From Octopus vulgaris (taxonomy: Eukaryota), in the NCBI GenBank assembly GCA_951406725.2, contig OX597822.1, forward strand, positions 64,790,001 to 64,854,000: 64,000 bases of DNA, written 5' to 3'. Below, piece by piece: positions 28,668-42,755 of the stretch. Every line of letters begins with the position of its first letter. Positions within the stretch are counted from its first letter, which is position 1. The translations under genes were made by a program, and so were the position numbers. The notes below the pieces were generated by a model. It worked only from the letters and a program-made list of their open reading frames with translations. It did not search any database and had not been told where the DNA came from.

Positions 28668-28768
28668 CGCCCACCACCCACCGCCCACCACCCACCGCCC
28701 ACCACCCACCGCCCACCACCCACCGCCCACCACCCACCGCCCACCGCCCACCACCCACCGCCCACCGC
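28668..28768. repeat. 14-bp C-rich minisatellite (CGCCCACCACCCAC)n
   Basis: About 7 units by direct reading. Confidence 0.9.
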
Positions 28769-28804
28769 TCCATAAAAAAATTTTAAGCCATTGTGTGTCT
28801 ATAG

Positions 28805-29163
28805 GAAAAAAGAATACTATCTTTTTGAAAAAGGTTTAGTTGAATGAATTGAACCCAGCACCTGTGTTTTTTAAAGCTTTGTCTGTTTCTATCGGTATAC
28901 TTTTGCTGAACCGCTAAGTTACGGGGACATAAATACACCAACAGTAGTTGGAATTGGTGGTGGGAGACAAACACAGATACAGAGATACACACATACACAC
29001 AGATACATGTACAGCAGAGTTCTTTCGGTTTCCCTCTACCAAATTCAATACCAAATTCACAAGGCTTTGGCTGGTCCGAGGCTATAGTAGAAGACACTTG
29101 CCCAATGTGCCACGCAGTGAAACTGAACTCGGAACCATGTAGCTTCTTACCACACAGCCGTTA
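28805..29163 (-). mobile_element. SINE family A, diverged
   Basis: Reverse complement of family A motifs. Confidence 0.75.
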
Positions 29164-29444
29164 CAGTCTCTTGACGGATGAATTGCAAAAAGAAAAAGAA
29201 TAAAAAAAGAAATAAGAAGAATGGAGAAAAGATCGCAGAACTTTGTCGAACGAAATAGAATGTTGTCACTGTTGCATTGCCGTAAGTCTATCATCGTACC
29301 TTCGTTCAATATTCAATACGATATCTTAAACCCGTAGTTCTTCCGTTCAATATCTCTGGGCATTCCGCCACAAATGCTGAACGAAATAAAAATCCATAAC
29401 GGTTTCAATACGCTGCTTTGTCATACCTTTATTATCTTATATGT

Positions 29445-29823
29445 TGAGGCGCAATGGCCCAGTGGTTAGGGTAACGGACTCGCGGTCGTAGGATCGTGGT
29501 TTCGATTCCCAGAACGGGCATTGGAGTCTTTATTGAGCGAAAACATCTAAAGCTCCACGAGGCTCCGGCAGGGGATGGTGGCAAACCCTGCTGTACTCTT
29601 TCACCACAACTTCCTCTCACTCTTTCTTCCTGCTTCTGTATTACCTGTATTTCAAAGGGCCAGCCTTGTCACACTCTGTGTCACGCTGAATCTCCCCGAG
29701 AACTACATTAAAGGTACGCGTGTCTGTGGAGTGCTCAGCCACTTGCACGTTAATTTCACTAGCAGGCTGTTCCGTTGATCGGATCAACTGGAACCCTCGT
29801 CGTCGTAACCGACGGAGTGATAC
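29445..29823 (+). mobile_element. tRNA-Arg-like SINE family C, full length
   Basis: A/B boxes; 12-bp TSD ATTATCTTATAT (29431-42, 29825-36). Confidence 0.85.
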
Positions 29824-29994
29824 CATTATCTTATATATCAGTGGTCCTCAACCGGAGTCCAGATGGAGTTCCCGCAACTAAATAGTAAACTGGGGATCCA
29901 CAACAATATTCTGAGGGCCCTGGAAAAAAAATTTTGCGTCAGATGTATGTATTGGTATTTATTGCAAGAAACAGCTGGGTTTCTTTCTCTAACA

Positions 29995-30366
29995 TCTCTC
30001 TCTATATAAACGGCAGTTTGTCTGTGCGTGTTTCTGTGTGTCTGTTTGCTTGTACCCTCACCCTGACCACGGCTTTCAACCGATTCTGATGAAACTTGAC
30101 ACACACATAGCCCAATGTCATAATTCAAAACTAACGCAGCGAAAATTTTGAAAAGTTCCCCCAGTTCTGAAAAAAATCGATAAATTCGACATGGGGTCGA
30201 GAATCAGAAACACAAACCGCAAACTGTCTAGGGGACGCAACTCCACCTTTTTTTACTCTAAAAAAAATTTACTATCATTTTTTTCCATTTTTTTGCTATA
30301 ACTCTCTAAAAATGCTTTATAGTTATTTCCCTTACAAACCTGAGCAACGCCGGGCGATACTGCTAG
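29995..30366 (+). mobile_element. Non-autonomous Helitron
   Basis: 5' TC, 3' CTAG, subterminal hairpin CCTGAGCAACGCCGGG; inserted between A and T of host AACA^TTTTACATAG without TSD. Confidence 0.85.
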
Positions 30367-30601
30367 TTTTACATAGTTCAACTTACACAGCTTGATGCGT
30401 GAAAAACAAAATGTGAATTTTGAAAGAAGTTTCTATAAAACTAGTTTTTAAACATCGACTGGAAATGGGGTCCACCGTGAAATATTTTTGGGACCCACAC
30501 AACAATATTCTAAGGGTTCCTGAAAGAAATTCTGCTTCAGATGTATGTATTGGTATGTATTACAAAGAACAGCTCGGTTTCTTTGTCTAACAGTTTACAT
30601 A

Positions 30602-31138
30602 CAAGAATGAACCGATTTCATTACGAAATATTTTAATAAGGAAAAGCAATAGAGAACTCCAGCTAAGTCACAAGTATTTACTCACAATCAACTTCTACTT
30701 CTTGTCTTGCAAGAGTTCAATGTGTTCACCATCTGCAGCACGGGCAACATCAATGCGATAAGAGAATTCCTCCCAGATGCGTATCTGCTTTGCCTGCGAG
30801 ATCCCCAGACCTCATCGTGTGCGATTTTTTCTTGTAGGGATATGTAAAAGATCGCGTTTATGTTCCACCGCTAATCACTTACCTCGATGACCTTAAACAT
30901 CGAATAACAACAGCGATCAACTCAGTGGATTGTGATATACTGATACGCGTCTGGGAGAAATTCTCTTATCGCATTCATGTTGACCGTGCTGCAGATGGTG
31001 GCCACATTGAACACTTATAAGACAGAAAATAAAATTTGATTGTGAGTAAATACTTGTGACTCAGCTGGAGTTTGTTATTGCTTTTCGTTATTAAAATATT
31101 GCGTAATGAAATCAGTTCATTGAATTTGAATAACCCTG
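30602..31138 (+). mobile_element. Deleted Tc1/mariner-superfamily element with ~90-bp TIRs and transposase C-terminus
   Basis: TIRs ~30602-30692 / ~31033-31138; PARSPDL..CDFFL.GYVKDRVY..LDDLKHRITTAI..GGHIEHL*. Confidence 0.85.
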
Positions 31139-31179
31139 GAGTTCAACAAACACAAGTTAATGTGCGGAAAACAATAAGA

Positions 31180-32350
31180 ATTTGGAAAGAAAATTCTATA
31201 AACCTAGTTTTTAAACATCGATTGGAAAAGGGGGTCCACTAGAATAATATAATAACCAAAGAGAACCCCCGTTTTAGATGTATGATTTGGTGTATATTGC
31301 AAGAAACAGCTAGGTTTCTTCGTTTAACATTTTACATAGTTCAACCTGTACAAGCTAATAAAACAGGAATTTTGAAAGAAGTTTCTATAAAACTAGTTTT
31401 TAAACATCGATTGGAAAAGGGGGTCCACTAGAATAATATAATAACCAAAGAGAACCCCCGTTTTAGATGTATGATTTGGTGTATATTGCAAGAAACAGCT
31501 AGGTTTCTTCGTTTAACATTTTACATAGTTCAACCTGTACAAGCTAATAAAACAGGAATTTTGAAAGAAGTTTCTATAAACCTAGTTTTTAAACATCGAT
31601 TGGAAAGGGGGTCCACTAGAATAATATAATAACCAAAGAGAACCCCCGTTTTAGATGTATGATTTGGTGTATATTGCAAGAAACAGCTAGGTTTCTTCGT
31701 TTAACATTTTACATAGTTCAACCTGTACAAGCTAATAAAACAGGAATTTTGAAAGAAGTTTCTATAAACCTAGTTTTTAAACATCGATTGGAAAGGGGGT
31801 CCACTAGAATAATATAATAACCAAAGAGAACCCCCGTTTTAGATGTATGATTTGGTGTATATTGCAAGAAACAGCTAGGTTTCTTCGTTTAACATTTTAC
31901 ATAGTTCAACCTGTACAAGCTAATAAAACAGGAATTTTGAAAGAAGTTTCTATAAACCTAGTTTTTAAACATCGATTGGAAAGGGGGTCCACTAGAATAA
32001 TATAATAACCAAAGAGAACCCCCGTTTTAGATGTATGATTTGGTGTATATTGCAAGAAACAGCTAGGTTTCTTCGTTTAACATTTTACATAGTTCAACCT
32101 GTACAAGCTAATAAAACAGGAATTTTGAAAGAAGTTTCTATAAACCTAGTTTTTAAACATCGATTGGAAAGGGGGTCCACTAGAATAATATAATAACCAA
32201 AGAGAACCCCCGTTTTAGATGTATGATTTGGTGTATATTGCAAGAAACAGCTAGGTTTCTTCGTTTAACATTTTACATAGTTCAACCTGTACAAGCTAAT
32301 AAAACAGGAATTTTGAAAGAAGTTTCTATAAAACTAGTTTTTAAACATCG
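31180..32350. repeat. 188-189-bp tandem repeat, about 6 near-identical units
   Basis: AAACATCGA motif with CATCG at 31216, 31405, 31594, 31782, 31970, 32158, 32346. Confidence 0.95.
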
Positions 32351-32781
32351 AATGTGTCTGCAGGGTCCACCAGAATAAAACAGTAATCAAAGGGGTCCAT
32401 AAATAAAAAAGTAGCTGAGAATCCCATGTCTACATTACCCCCAACTCATAACTCTTGCTCTCTCTCTCTCTCATATTCTTCCTGGTTATTTCATCACAAA
32501 TATGAAATATTTCGACCTCTGATACATTAACCTCTTTGGAATCTCATTTGCCAGATTTCTATTCTATCCTTCTCACCACATTTTCCATTCCATTTCCTTT
32601 GCTCCACTTGTCCTCTTCGTACTCCGGCGTTTCTCTTCTACGTCCGCATCCTGCTGCTAGTACTCTTTTACTCCACCTCGTCTGCTCTAGCATCTATATA
32701 TATATATACCCGCTATACTTTAACTCCGGATTCTGTTTTTTCACATACGACGATCATCACTACTACTACTACTACTACAAT

Positions 32782-32838
<57 letters not shown>

Positions 32839-32857
32839 ACCACCTGCTCAACTACTA

Positions 32858-32952
<95 letters not shown>

Positions 32953-33042
32953 ACTACTAATGCTGCTGCTACTACTGCTGCTGCTGCTGCGACTACTACT
33001 ACTACTACTAATGCTGCTGCTGCTACTGCTGCTGCTGCTGCG

Positions 33043-33083
<41 letters not shown>

Positions 33084-33661
33084 CACCTGCTCAACTACTA
33101 CTACTACTACTGCTGCTACTGCTGCTGCTGCTACTACGACTACTACTACTACTACTACTGCTGCTGCTGCTACTACTACTACTACTACTACTACTACGAC
33201 TACTACTACTTCTACCACTCTACTATTACGACTACTCTCTACTTAAAATTACTTCTCTTTCACTTCCTATCCTTTCCTCTCCTCTCCCTCCCCTTCCCTT
33301 CCTCCGCTTTTTACTCGCCCCTTCTCCCCTTCTCCCCCTCCTCCTCTCTCCAGTTCCATTCCACCTCCGCCTCTTGTGCTTCAACACCTCTTTCTCCTCC
33401 CCCACCTCTTGTCTACCTACCAACTAGTCCTTTCCATTCGTTGCCACTTCCTGTTCATCCCTGGTTTCTTGGTCCTCTTTTTATTTTGTCTATACCAGAG
33501 CATTGTTCTCTTTTACTCCATGATGGACTTGACTTACCAATCCATCGATAATCACAAGTCTTTCTCTCTTCGACTTTCTTACATTTCACTCATTTCTTCT
33601 CTCTCCAATTTTCGTACTTTCTGTTCTCTAGTGTTCAACATCATCATCATCACTACCATCG

Positions 33662-33692
<31 letters not shown>

Positions 33693-34506
33693 GCATATCA
33701 GCATCATCATTAACATCATCACCATCATCATCAACATAAACATGATCATCATTAACATTATAGACATCATCAACATTATTATCATCATTCTATTCGTCGT
33801 CGTCCCCCTCCTCCTCCTCCTCATCATCATCACCATTATCATCATCATCATGAACATCATGAACATCATGAACATCATGAACATCCCCCTCCTCCTCCTC
33901 TTCCCATCATCATTTCTTCTTCTTATTCTTCTCCTCCTCCTTCTCCCCTCCTTCTTTTTCTCCTTCTTCTTCTTTTCCTCCTCCTTTTCTCCTCCTCCTC
34001 CTCCTTCTTCTTCTTCTTCTTCTTCTTCTTCTTCTTCTTCTTCTTCTTCTTCTTTTCTTCTCTCCTTCTTCTTTTCTTCTCTCCTTCTTCTTTTCTTCTT
34101 CTTTTCTTCTTCTTCTTCTTCTTCTTCTTCTTCTTCTTCTTCTTCTTCTTCTTCTTCTTCTTCTTCTCCGCTCATACTCTTACTCGCTCGTACTCTTCAT
34201 TTGTCCTACTTTACTCTTCCCTATCACGCTACTACTACTTTTTCTATACTATCCACTACATCACACACACACACAACCACCAATGGGCTACTCCAGTACA
34301 CAAACAGAAGTCTCTATCTGTTATCTTCTTTAAATTCTTCATTCTCCTTCCCCCTCTGTCTCTTTCTCTCATCCCCTTCTCTCTCTCATCACTCTCTTTC
34401 ACTTTATGTTTCCTCTTCGTCGTTCATTTTACATTTATCCATAAACAGTGCCCCGTCATCTTATCTGCCTTCCATTTCTACACATTTTCTCTCCCACTAA
34501 ACAGTA

Positions 34507-34589
<83 letters not shown>

Positions 34590-34590
34590 A

Positions 34591-34682
<92 letters not shown>

Positions 34683-34683
<1 letters not shown>

Positions 34684-34958
34684 CCTCTTCCCCCTTTTTC
34701 CTCCTTTTTTCTTCTTTTTTCATTTCTCTTTCCTTTTGTTCCTTTTCCTTTTCTTTTTTTCTTTTTATTCTTTTTATTTTATTCAATTTTTTTTGTTTTT
34801 GTTCTTTTCTTCCCTTTTACGATCCCTCTTGATCGAAAACCTACGCCACCCCCTTTTTTTTTCTTTTGTTTTTTGTTCTCTTCATCCCCCAAAAGAAAAG
34901 CTCTACCTTGTAACTTGTCCCATCTGTGTGCAGCCCTGTGTGGCCAATAAAGAAAACT

Positions 34959-34960
<2 letters not shown>
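34683..34960 (+). mobile_element. Diverged Tx1-like 3' end in (ATCT)n
   Basis: TTACGATCCCTCTTGATCGAAA..CAAAAGAAAAGCTCTACCTTGTAA..GCAGCCCTGTGTGGCCAATAAAG. Confidence 0.8.
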
Positions 34961-35041
<81 letters not shown>

Positions 35042-35243
35042 CCTGTGTGTCGGCTTGTCTGTATGTCTATCTGTTTGTCTGTCTTTCGATGTGTCTGCCT
35101 GTCCCTCCGTCCGTCCATCCATCCGTCCATCTATCTATGTATCCATCTGTCTGTCTCTCTCCGTCTCTCTCTCTACCGATCTATTTGTCTGTCTGCGTCT
35201 CTTTCTATATGCATACATACATGCATGCATACATACATACATG

Positions 35244-35293
<50 letters not shown>

Positions 35294-35339
35294 TGTGTAT
35301 ATTTGTGTGTAAGTGTGTATATATATACATGTGTGTGTA

Positions 35340-35390
<51 letters not shown>

Positions 35391-37388
35391 GTGTGTACAT
35401 ATATACATTCATATTTATATATGTATATATATATAAGTATATATACATACATACATGCATATATATATGTATACATACATACATATATATATGTACACAC
35501 ATACACATGCTTTCTGCTCTCCTTACATATTTCTCTGTGATACTGTCCGTCTCCATATCTGCCCTTTCTCTTCCTACATCTCTTTCCATCTGTCTGTTTG
35601 TCTGTCTGTCTCTCTCTCTCTTTCTGACACACTTCGCAACCTCTGTCTTCCTAATCTGCCCTGTCTCGCTAATCCTTACTGATCACCAGACACAAGCTGT
35701 GCCGTACCAGTCAATCTCTTCATCCCTTAAACATCTCTGTGAACGCTTCTCAGACCAGATAATCTACGCCATACGCAACACCACACACACACACACACAC
35801 ATACACACACACACACACACACACAAACACCCGTACATATACAAAGCAAATACGCACACTCATTTACAGACATCTCTTTATTTATACACCCACCTGGTGT
35901 CATTGTAATTTCTGAGGATCAACTCTAACGAAAATCTTTATGAACCTCCCAGCAACATTTTCTCTTTCTCCCTCCCACCACCCCTCTCTATTTCCCTCCC
36001 TCCCACTACCTATCCTACGCTATTCGTTATGTATATGACTTTCAGACGTTCTATACAATCCACCATATTATTCCCGTTACGAGCCATTTACAGATTTTTA
36101 GGTCTAATAGGCTAAACAACACTAACTCGAAATTTGTCACAGACATATAAACCCGTGTCTAAAAAGCCCAGCGTCATTTAGCAGTAGGCTGTTGTTGTGG
36201 GAAGGTCAGACGACTACATTGGTAGCCTCGTATCTCTAACATTGTGTTGGTGACCTCTGGATTTTCTTTGTATTTTTCATCGCTAATCACCCAATTTACC
36301 TCCAATACAAACTAGAAATTTGCGAAGGATCTTTATTCCAGATGAATATATTCTGTCTTAATTTCGGCAATGACACCTTATAAATTACTTAGATAGAGAG
36401 AAAGATTGGGGGAAAATAGAGAGAAAAGAGAAAGTGAAAATGTGAGAGTGAGCTGGGAATAAGTGTCCGTACATACAACATTAACCTCGTATTTAAACTT
36501 TACAGAAATAGCACATAGTATGGCCATGACTCACAGACGGATGAGCAATGCAAGCGGCGTGGTTGCTTTCTTCCAGAGTGATTGGGAATGAGTGGATCCA
36601 TGATCAAAAGCATTTTTTACCGTGATCATTTCATCCTTATTTCAAGCTGTGCATCAAGGACTATGTTATCCGATGTGGTCGTTATTCGTTTTTAGTATTA
36701 TTTTAAAGATATTGTTAAGATATTGCTTCTCAAATATGTCTGACATTATGAAGGCGGAGTGCAGGCAGAATTGTTAGCACACCGTGACAAACGCTTAGCG
36801 GTATCTCGTCCATCTTTTGTGTTCAAATGGCGGCGAGGTCGATTTTTGTCTTTCGGGGGTCGATGAAATTTATGCCTTTTGGAGTCGATAAAACAAGTAC
36901 AAGCTGAACTTGCCTCTACCCCAGAAATTTTTGGCTCAGCTCCAAAATTTGAAACCAATACATCTGATGTCGTGGGCCATTGCAGATAATATAGGGAAAG
37001 AAAAGTAAAAAAAAAAAAAAATAAATAAATAAATAAGGCGAAAATACAATTATGGTTATTACTGAAAATTAAAAAAAGAAAGCTTTATTACAAAGTCAAG
37101 CATTTAGGAATAAAATAAAAAGTTTATTATTTCTACCCTTGCTTTTTTGATAATAAATGTTTTTAAGAAAATTAAGAAATAGTAGATATATAGTCGTTAA
37201 AACATTAGCTAAGGTTTTATAAAGAGTTAAAATATATATTTTTAACATTCTAAGCCAAACTTATTGAATTTGCGGCACACTGCTTCACCACAGACGGAGT
37301 TTAAGAAAACAACGGCAGTAAGGTATATTTTAAGTGTATACATACACACACACAGAAACACAGACACACATACACACACCCACACATA

Positions 37389-37613
37389 CAGTAATGCCTC
37401 GACTTTCGCGGGTGTTACGTTGCAAAGCCACCCCGCAATAGGTAAAAATCCACGAAGTAGAAACAATACCGAACTGTGTATTTTTTTTTAGTTATTTGTA
37501 TAATTTGTATATATATATTTTTTATTATAAATGCAAAAGAACATCACGGAGGAATCGACGTAAGCTTAAATAATAAACCGTGATAGGTGAACTGCGATAT
37601 GGCAAGGGATTGC
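37389..37613 (+). mobile_element. Tigger/pogo-like MITE
   Basis: Ends CAGTAATGCCTCGACTTTCGCG / GCGATATGGCAAGGGATTG; internal repeat CCGYRATAGGT. Confidence 0.6.
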
Positions 37614-37614
37614 G

Positions 37615-37947
37615 GAGACCCCCTTCAGTCAAGAGTGACCATGGGATTGCACCTAGAAAGTTACCCTCCGAGGTACAAGTCCGGGCAAGGTTGTTCGTGG
37701 AAGACTAGCAGTCACCCATGCATACCGGCCTCCCCTCTCCACGCCACCAGTGTTATCCAAGGGAAAGGCAAAGGGGCCGATACAGTTTTGCACCTGTGAC
37801 GTTATGACTCATTTCTACACCTGAGTGAATTGGAGCAACGTGAAATAAAGTGTCTTGCACAAGAACATAACACGCAGCCCGGTCCGGGAATCGAACTCAC
37901 AACCTCACAATTGTAAGCTCGACGCTCTAACCACTGAGCCATGCATA
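37615..37947 (-). mobile_element. tRNA-derived SINE family G
   Basis: Head TGGCTCAGTGGTTAGAGCGTCGAGCTTAC..GAGTTCGATTCCC; homologous to 53040-53343 and 57972-58306. Confidence 0.85.
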
Positions 37948-38294
37948 TGTGAAGGTGCGTGGTTCCATTCCAGGACCGGACAGCACATTGTATTCCTGAG
38001 CAAAACTCTTAATTACATGTTGCTCTACTTCACTCAGTTGTAGATAGGTAAATCTGCAAAGGAATAGTCTGTCGATCAGTGGGTGTATTGGCCTTCCCAC
38101 CAAGCCAGCGAGACAGCATCATTCGAAAGCTAAAACAATACGAAGTGCATCGAGACCAGCGATGTATAACTCCATCCAATAATCTGATCGATACTGTGAT
38201 ACGTAAACGTAGGTGCGTGTATGTGTATGTATATACACGTATGTATGTATGTTTGTATTTACTGCATATATGTATACATTTATATTCATATATA

Positions 38295-38420
38295 GGCGTA
38301 GATGTGTGAAGCTTGCTTCCCTACCACACAGTTTCCGGTTCAGCCCTACAGCGTGACCCCTTGGGCAAGTGTCTAAGCCTTGTGAGTAAAACTGGTAGAC
38401 GGAAACTGAAAAAAAGGCCG

Positions 38421-38501
<81 letters not shown>

Positions 38502-38724
38502 TACTTGTGTTTGTGTACGTCTGTGTTTACGCCCCCATCTTCCTTGCCATCGCTTGACAACCGATGTTGGAATGTTTACGTCCCCATAACTTATCGGTTC
38601 CGCCTAAGTGACCGATAGAATAAAACCTGGAGTTGATTTCTTCGACTAAAACCCTTTAAGGCGTTGCACCAGTATGGCCGCAGTCAAATGACTGAAACAA
38701 GTAAATGAATAAAAGAATAAAAGA
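38295..38724 (+). mobile_element. SINE family A
   Basis: Family A motifs with internal microsatellite. Confidence 0.8.
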
Positions 38725-38742
38725 GTACATAAGTGCGTGTGC

Positions 38743-38784
<42 letters not shown>

Positions 38785-39578
38785 GCGCGCGCGCGCGAAG
38801 AGAGACACGCACGCATATAGTTGTTCGTTTGTGTGTATGTATAGGGAAACAGCGAAAGTGTGTGTGTGTGTGAGAGAGAGAGAGAGGGAGGGAGGGAGAG
38901 ATAGATAGATAGATAGATAGATAGAGGAAGAGAGGCAATTATTTTTGCCCCTCCCCCACCAAAAATAAGCATGCTATAAGTAATTGCCTGGACATAAATT
39001 TAAACTGACAGAACGATACAGACGATGGTGGGAATAAACGTATATGTCGCGGATGGAGGGAGTGCTTAAACGTATTACGTGTATTCGGGATTATACATAT
39101 CGTATCAATGTGTATATGTATATATATGCTATATATATATATGTATGTACGTATGTGTGAATGTAAGGTAAGTGTAGGTATGCGTGTATGAATGTAAGTA
39201 CGTATATGCGCACGTGGCTCCATGTGTTTGTGTCCCCTTGCGATTGTATGTATGCATGTATGTATCCTTGCATGCATGTATGTATGTATTTATGTACGTA
39301 CACTTTCGTACGCGTGTGATTACATGGCTTCATCTACGGGTTTCCGCGAATATCCCCCAGCAGTGCAGATATATCTCATTTCTCAGGAGTCATTCATGTA
39401 ACAGGTACATTTCCCCACATTTATCAGACTGTGTGTATGTGTTTACGTGTTTTCTCGCATTTATGAAGCTACATGCGTATGTTTATTCAAGATTTCATTG
39501 CGATATCCGTTGAAATATACGCTCACATACTCCCAGAGTCAAATACGTATGATAACGTACGTTTCAGTGTAAGTCTAC

Positions 39579-39642
<64 letters not shown>

Positions 39643-39971
39643 ATATATGTATGTATATGTATGTGTGTATATACGCATACATATATACACACACATATGT
39701 ACATGCATATTTATGTATAAATGTACATGTGTGTAAGCGTGTGTACATATAGACGCACATCTATCTTCTATCTATCTATCTAGGTATACGCATGCATCAG
39801 ATACACATTTACATAGCTATACATACACACACACACACATATATATATATGTGTGTGTGCACAAGCTTATATTTGTATGTATGCTTTACGCGTGTGTATA
39901 TATTAGTTGGATTTCGTTGAGGGTTGCTCCCTATACGCGATTTTTCAATTTTCGTAACTGAGAGTACATAC

Positions 39972-40120
39972 CGAGAGATTCGGCTTTAAACAAATAAATA
40001 CACACAACTACATCGAGTACTTTGTTCACATTTGTATACCACAACATTCTGTATGAGTGCCGGATTTCTCCAACAGGGCAGATTTGTTCAATCACTTCCT
40101 ATCTCTACTGTAGACTTTAG
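39972..40120 (-). other. Candidate spliced exon, possibly first coding exon
   Basis: Acceptor TCTTTTTTTCTCTCAG, donor G|GTATGT; ATG at 40047 gives MLWYTNVNKVLDVVVCIYLFKAESL with a phase-1 intron. Confidence 0.25.
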
Positions 40121-40519
40121 CTGAGAGAAAAAAAGATGAATGCCTGTTAAACGAAATAATCGCTGCAAGATACTACCAGTGCGTGTTCGGGTAATCTCGT
40201 GATCCTTGTTGTCAACTGTCATCTATATTGCAGTTGTTGGATCACAGTTATTTTTGAAGAACAATATGGGTTTATGTCGACAGGTAGAAATAAGTTCTCT
40301 TCTTTTTTTTTTCTTGTAAAGCTATAATTTAAATGTTGATGGTTCCACCAGTATACATGAATAAAATTCAAAGAAATACAGATCTCAACCATATAATTTT
40401 TTATCATTATTTCGAGCACATCACGGCAGTCTCGAAACATACTTGTAATCTTAGAAACAAAGGAAGCACCATCAGCATTATACTTTTTTTTTTTTTCAAT
40501 ATTCTACAAGACAACAAAA

Positions 40520-40910
40520 CAGCGAGCTGGCACAATTGTTAGCACGCCGGGGAAAATGTTTAGCGGTATTTCGTCCGCCGTTACTCTCTGAGTTCAAATC
40601 CCGCCGAGGTCGACTTCGCCTTTCATCTTTTCGGGGTCGATTAAATAAGTACCAGTTAAGCACTGAGGTCGATGTAATCGATTTAATCCGTTTGTCTGTC
40701 CTTGTTTGTCCCCTATGTGTGTAGCCCCTTGTGGGCAGTAAAGAAATAGGTATTTCGTCCGCCGCTATAATCTGAGTTCAAATACCGCCGAAGCCGACTT
40801 AACTTTTCATCTTCTTAGAGTCGATAAAATAAGTAGCAGTCAAATACTGGACGATGTAATCGACTTACCTTACCCCCGAAACTGCTGGTATTGTGATAAA
40901 ATTTGAAATC
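40520..40910 (+). mobile_element. SINE family F, tandem dimer
   Basis: GAGCTGGCACAATTGTTAGCACGCCGGG head; GGTATTTCGTCCGCCG..GAGTTCAAAT repeated. Confidence 0.8.
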
Positions 40911-41145
40911 TATATTACGTAAAGCAAAAGTGCTTAAGAATAAATAGAAAATTATGTTTCCTCTTTTGCGTTTGTTTTCTTCAATCTGTGTAAGCACTAT
41001 TCGTGGTTGTTCATAGATTGACAAATCAGCTCATTGAGACATACATACACGCACACACGTAATTCTATGTGTGTGTCTCTTTGTGTGCATCTGTGTGTAT
41101 TTGTGTGTGTATTTGTCTGTACAAATATATATATATGTACATATA

Positions 41146-41201
<56 letters not shown>

Positions 41202-41329
41202 TATATATATGCATATATATATATATATAAAGATACCGACATATATATATGTATATATATATATACACAATGTATACATTTATACATACATACATGCATA
41301 CATATATATATATATATACATATATACAT

Positions 41330-42310
41330 CAGGTCATTCCATAAGTAATGTTTGAATTTGAGGAACGAAAAGAGTAGTCTAATTTTACGTTTCGTTAAAA
41401 TCAAATCCTGTGTATAATTCCCATTATTATCGATGACTTCCCTCCATCAAATCTTTTGCCTTTGATGAAAATAGGAAAGAGAGATCAGGTTGATCTCTTT
41501 GGGGAATCTGAGTACCAATAATTCTGTAAAGCTTCAAAACAAATGGTAATCGGAAGGAGCCGGGGAATAAGGCGGGTGAAGGATCGTTTCTTAGCCAAGT
41601 TCTTCGATTTTTCTGATGTAAGCTTTACATTGCAGAGGCTTGCATTATCATGATGAAATACCATTCCCTTATGATTCACCAACCAGGCCCATTTTTCTTC
41701 ACAGCAGCAGCAGCAGCAGCCAAACGATCTAATTGTTGGCAAAAGTTGTGAGCAGTAATTCTTGCATTAGTTCGTAGCATCTCGAAGTAGATGACTCGAG
41801 TGTAATCCCACCAAACAGAAATAAGAACCTTTGTTGCATGATGGTCCTTTGGGTTGCGGTTTAGCCTTTTTGTGTTCAACTAAGCCTTTGCGAGCGCCGC
41901 TTAACATTTTCATTAAAGACCCAATTTTTCGTCACCAATCTGTCTAAAATTGTGAGATACATTCACGAGTGAAGAAATGAACAGATGCCCACTCGAGATT
42001 TTTGGTTGCCGTCTGTTAACTCATGTTGTTGAAGACTGCGGTGAAACAGTTGAATAGTTCGAACTGAGCTTGCTTGCCAATTCTTCCACTGGCATAGCGT
42101 AATCTTTCTCAAGACCTAAGGAAAGAAGCTCATCATCAGCTTCAAGCCGACGTCCTAATCGCGGACTCTCTCGTAGGCTGAAGTAACCATTTTTGGACCT
42201 TGCGAACCTTACCCAGCAACTTGTGTCGCTCAAATACTCTTCCCCATAAACAGAATTGATATTTCAGGTTGCATCTACTGCACTGTTTCCATTTTTAAAC
42301 TCATAAAGCA
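41330..42310 (-). pseudogene. Decayed mariner element and transposase
   Basis: HATKVLISVWWDYTRVIYFEML..CQQLDRL, FHHDNA, FSLRESPRLGR; end CAGGTCATTCCATAAGTAAT. Confidence 0.85.
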
Positions 42311-42604
42311 TTTTGACATTCTGTCTCCGTAATTTGCCTGTTTCTGTCTCCTCGGCAAATGGTTCCGATAGAATACATACAAGGATTAAAATAAGATACG
42401 TACTGGGGTTATTTGATACGCACATCGTTGAGGGGTTAATATTAGTAATTAATTCAGCCAGATTATTCTGTAAAAAGAAATTACATTAAGTTAAAATACT
42501 TCCAAATTCATAAAAGTGTAAATCAATACCATTTGACATTTTAGAATACTGTATAATTTGATAGAAATTACATGTATGATATTTCGGATATTTTTTATAG
42601 GATA

Positions 42605-42669
<65 letters not shown>

Positions 42670-42671
42670 GT

Positions 42672-42755
42672 AATATTTTGAATTTGCCTTAAATGGTCCT
42701 TTTACATACTGAATACTTGGTGAAATTGATTAATAACTAATTAATTTTACCCTCA
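42672..42755 (-). repeat. Diverged fragment of the 588-bp unit family within (TA)n
   Basis: Reverse complement AGGGTAAAATTAATTAG..ATCAATTTCACCAAGTATTCAGTATGTAAAAGGACCATTTAAGG aligns by eye to AGGGTGAAATTAATTAA..ATCAATTACACCAAGTAGATTTCGGCATGTAAAAGCCCCATTCGAGG. Confidence 0.75.

Larger units (their letters stand above)
29839..32428 (+). mobile_element. hAT (Charlie-like) non-autonomous element with internal satellite and nested insertions
   Basis: Left end CAGTGGTCCTCAACC, right end GCTGAGAATCCCATG; internal ~188-bp repeats; no clean TSD. Confidence 0.6.

Noticed and set aside
31180-32350. 188-bp repeat as a second ribozyme array
   Set aside because: No CUGANGA..GAAA core found by eye on either strand of the unit
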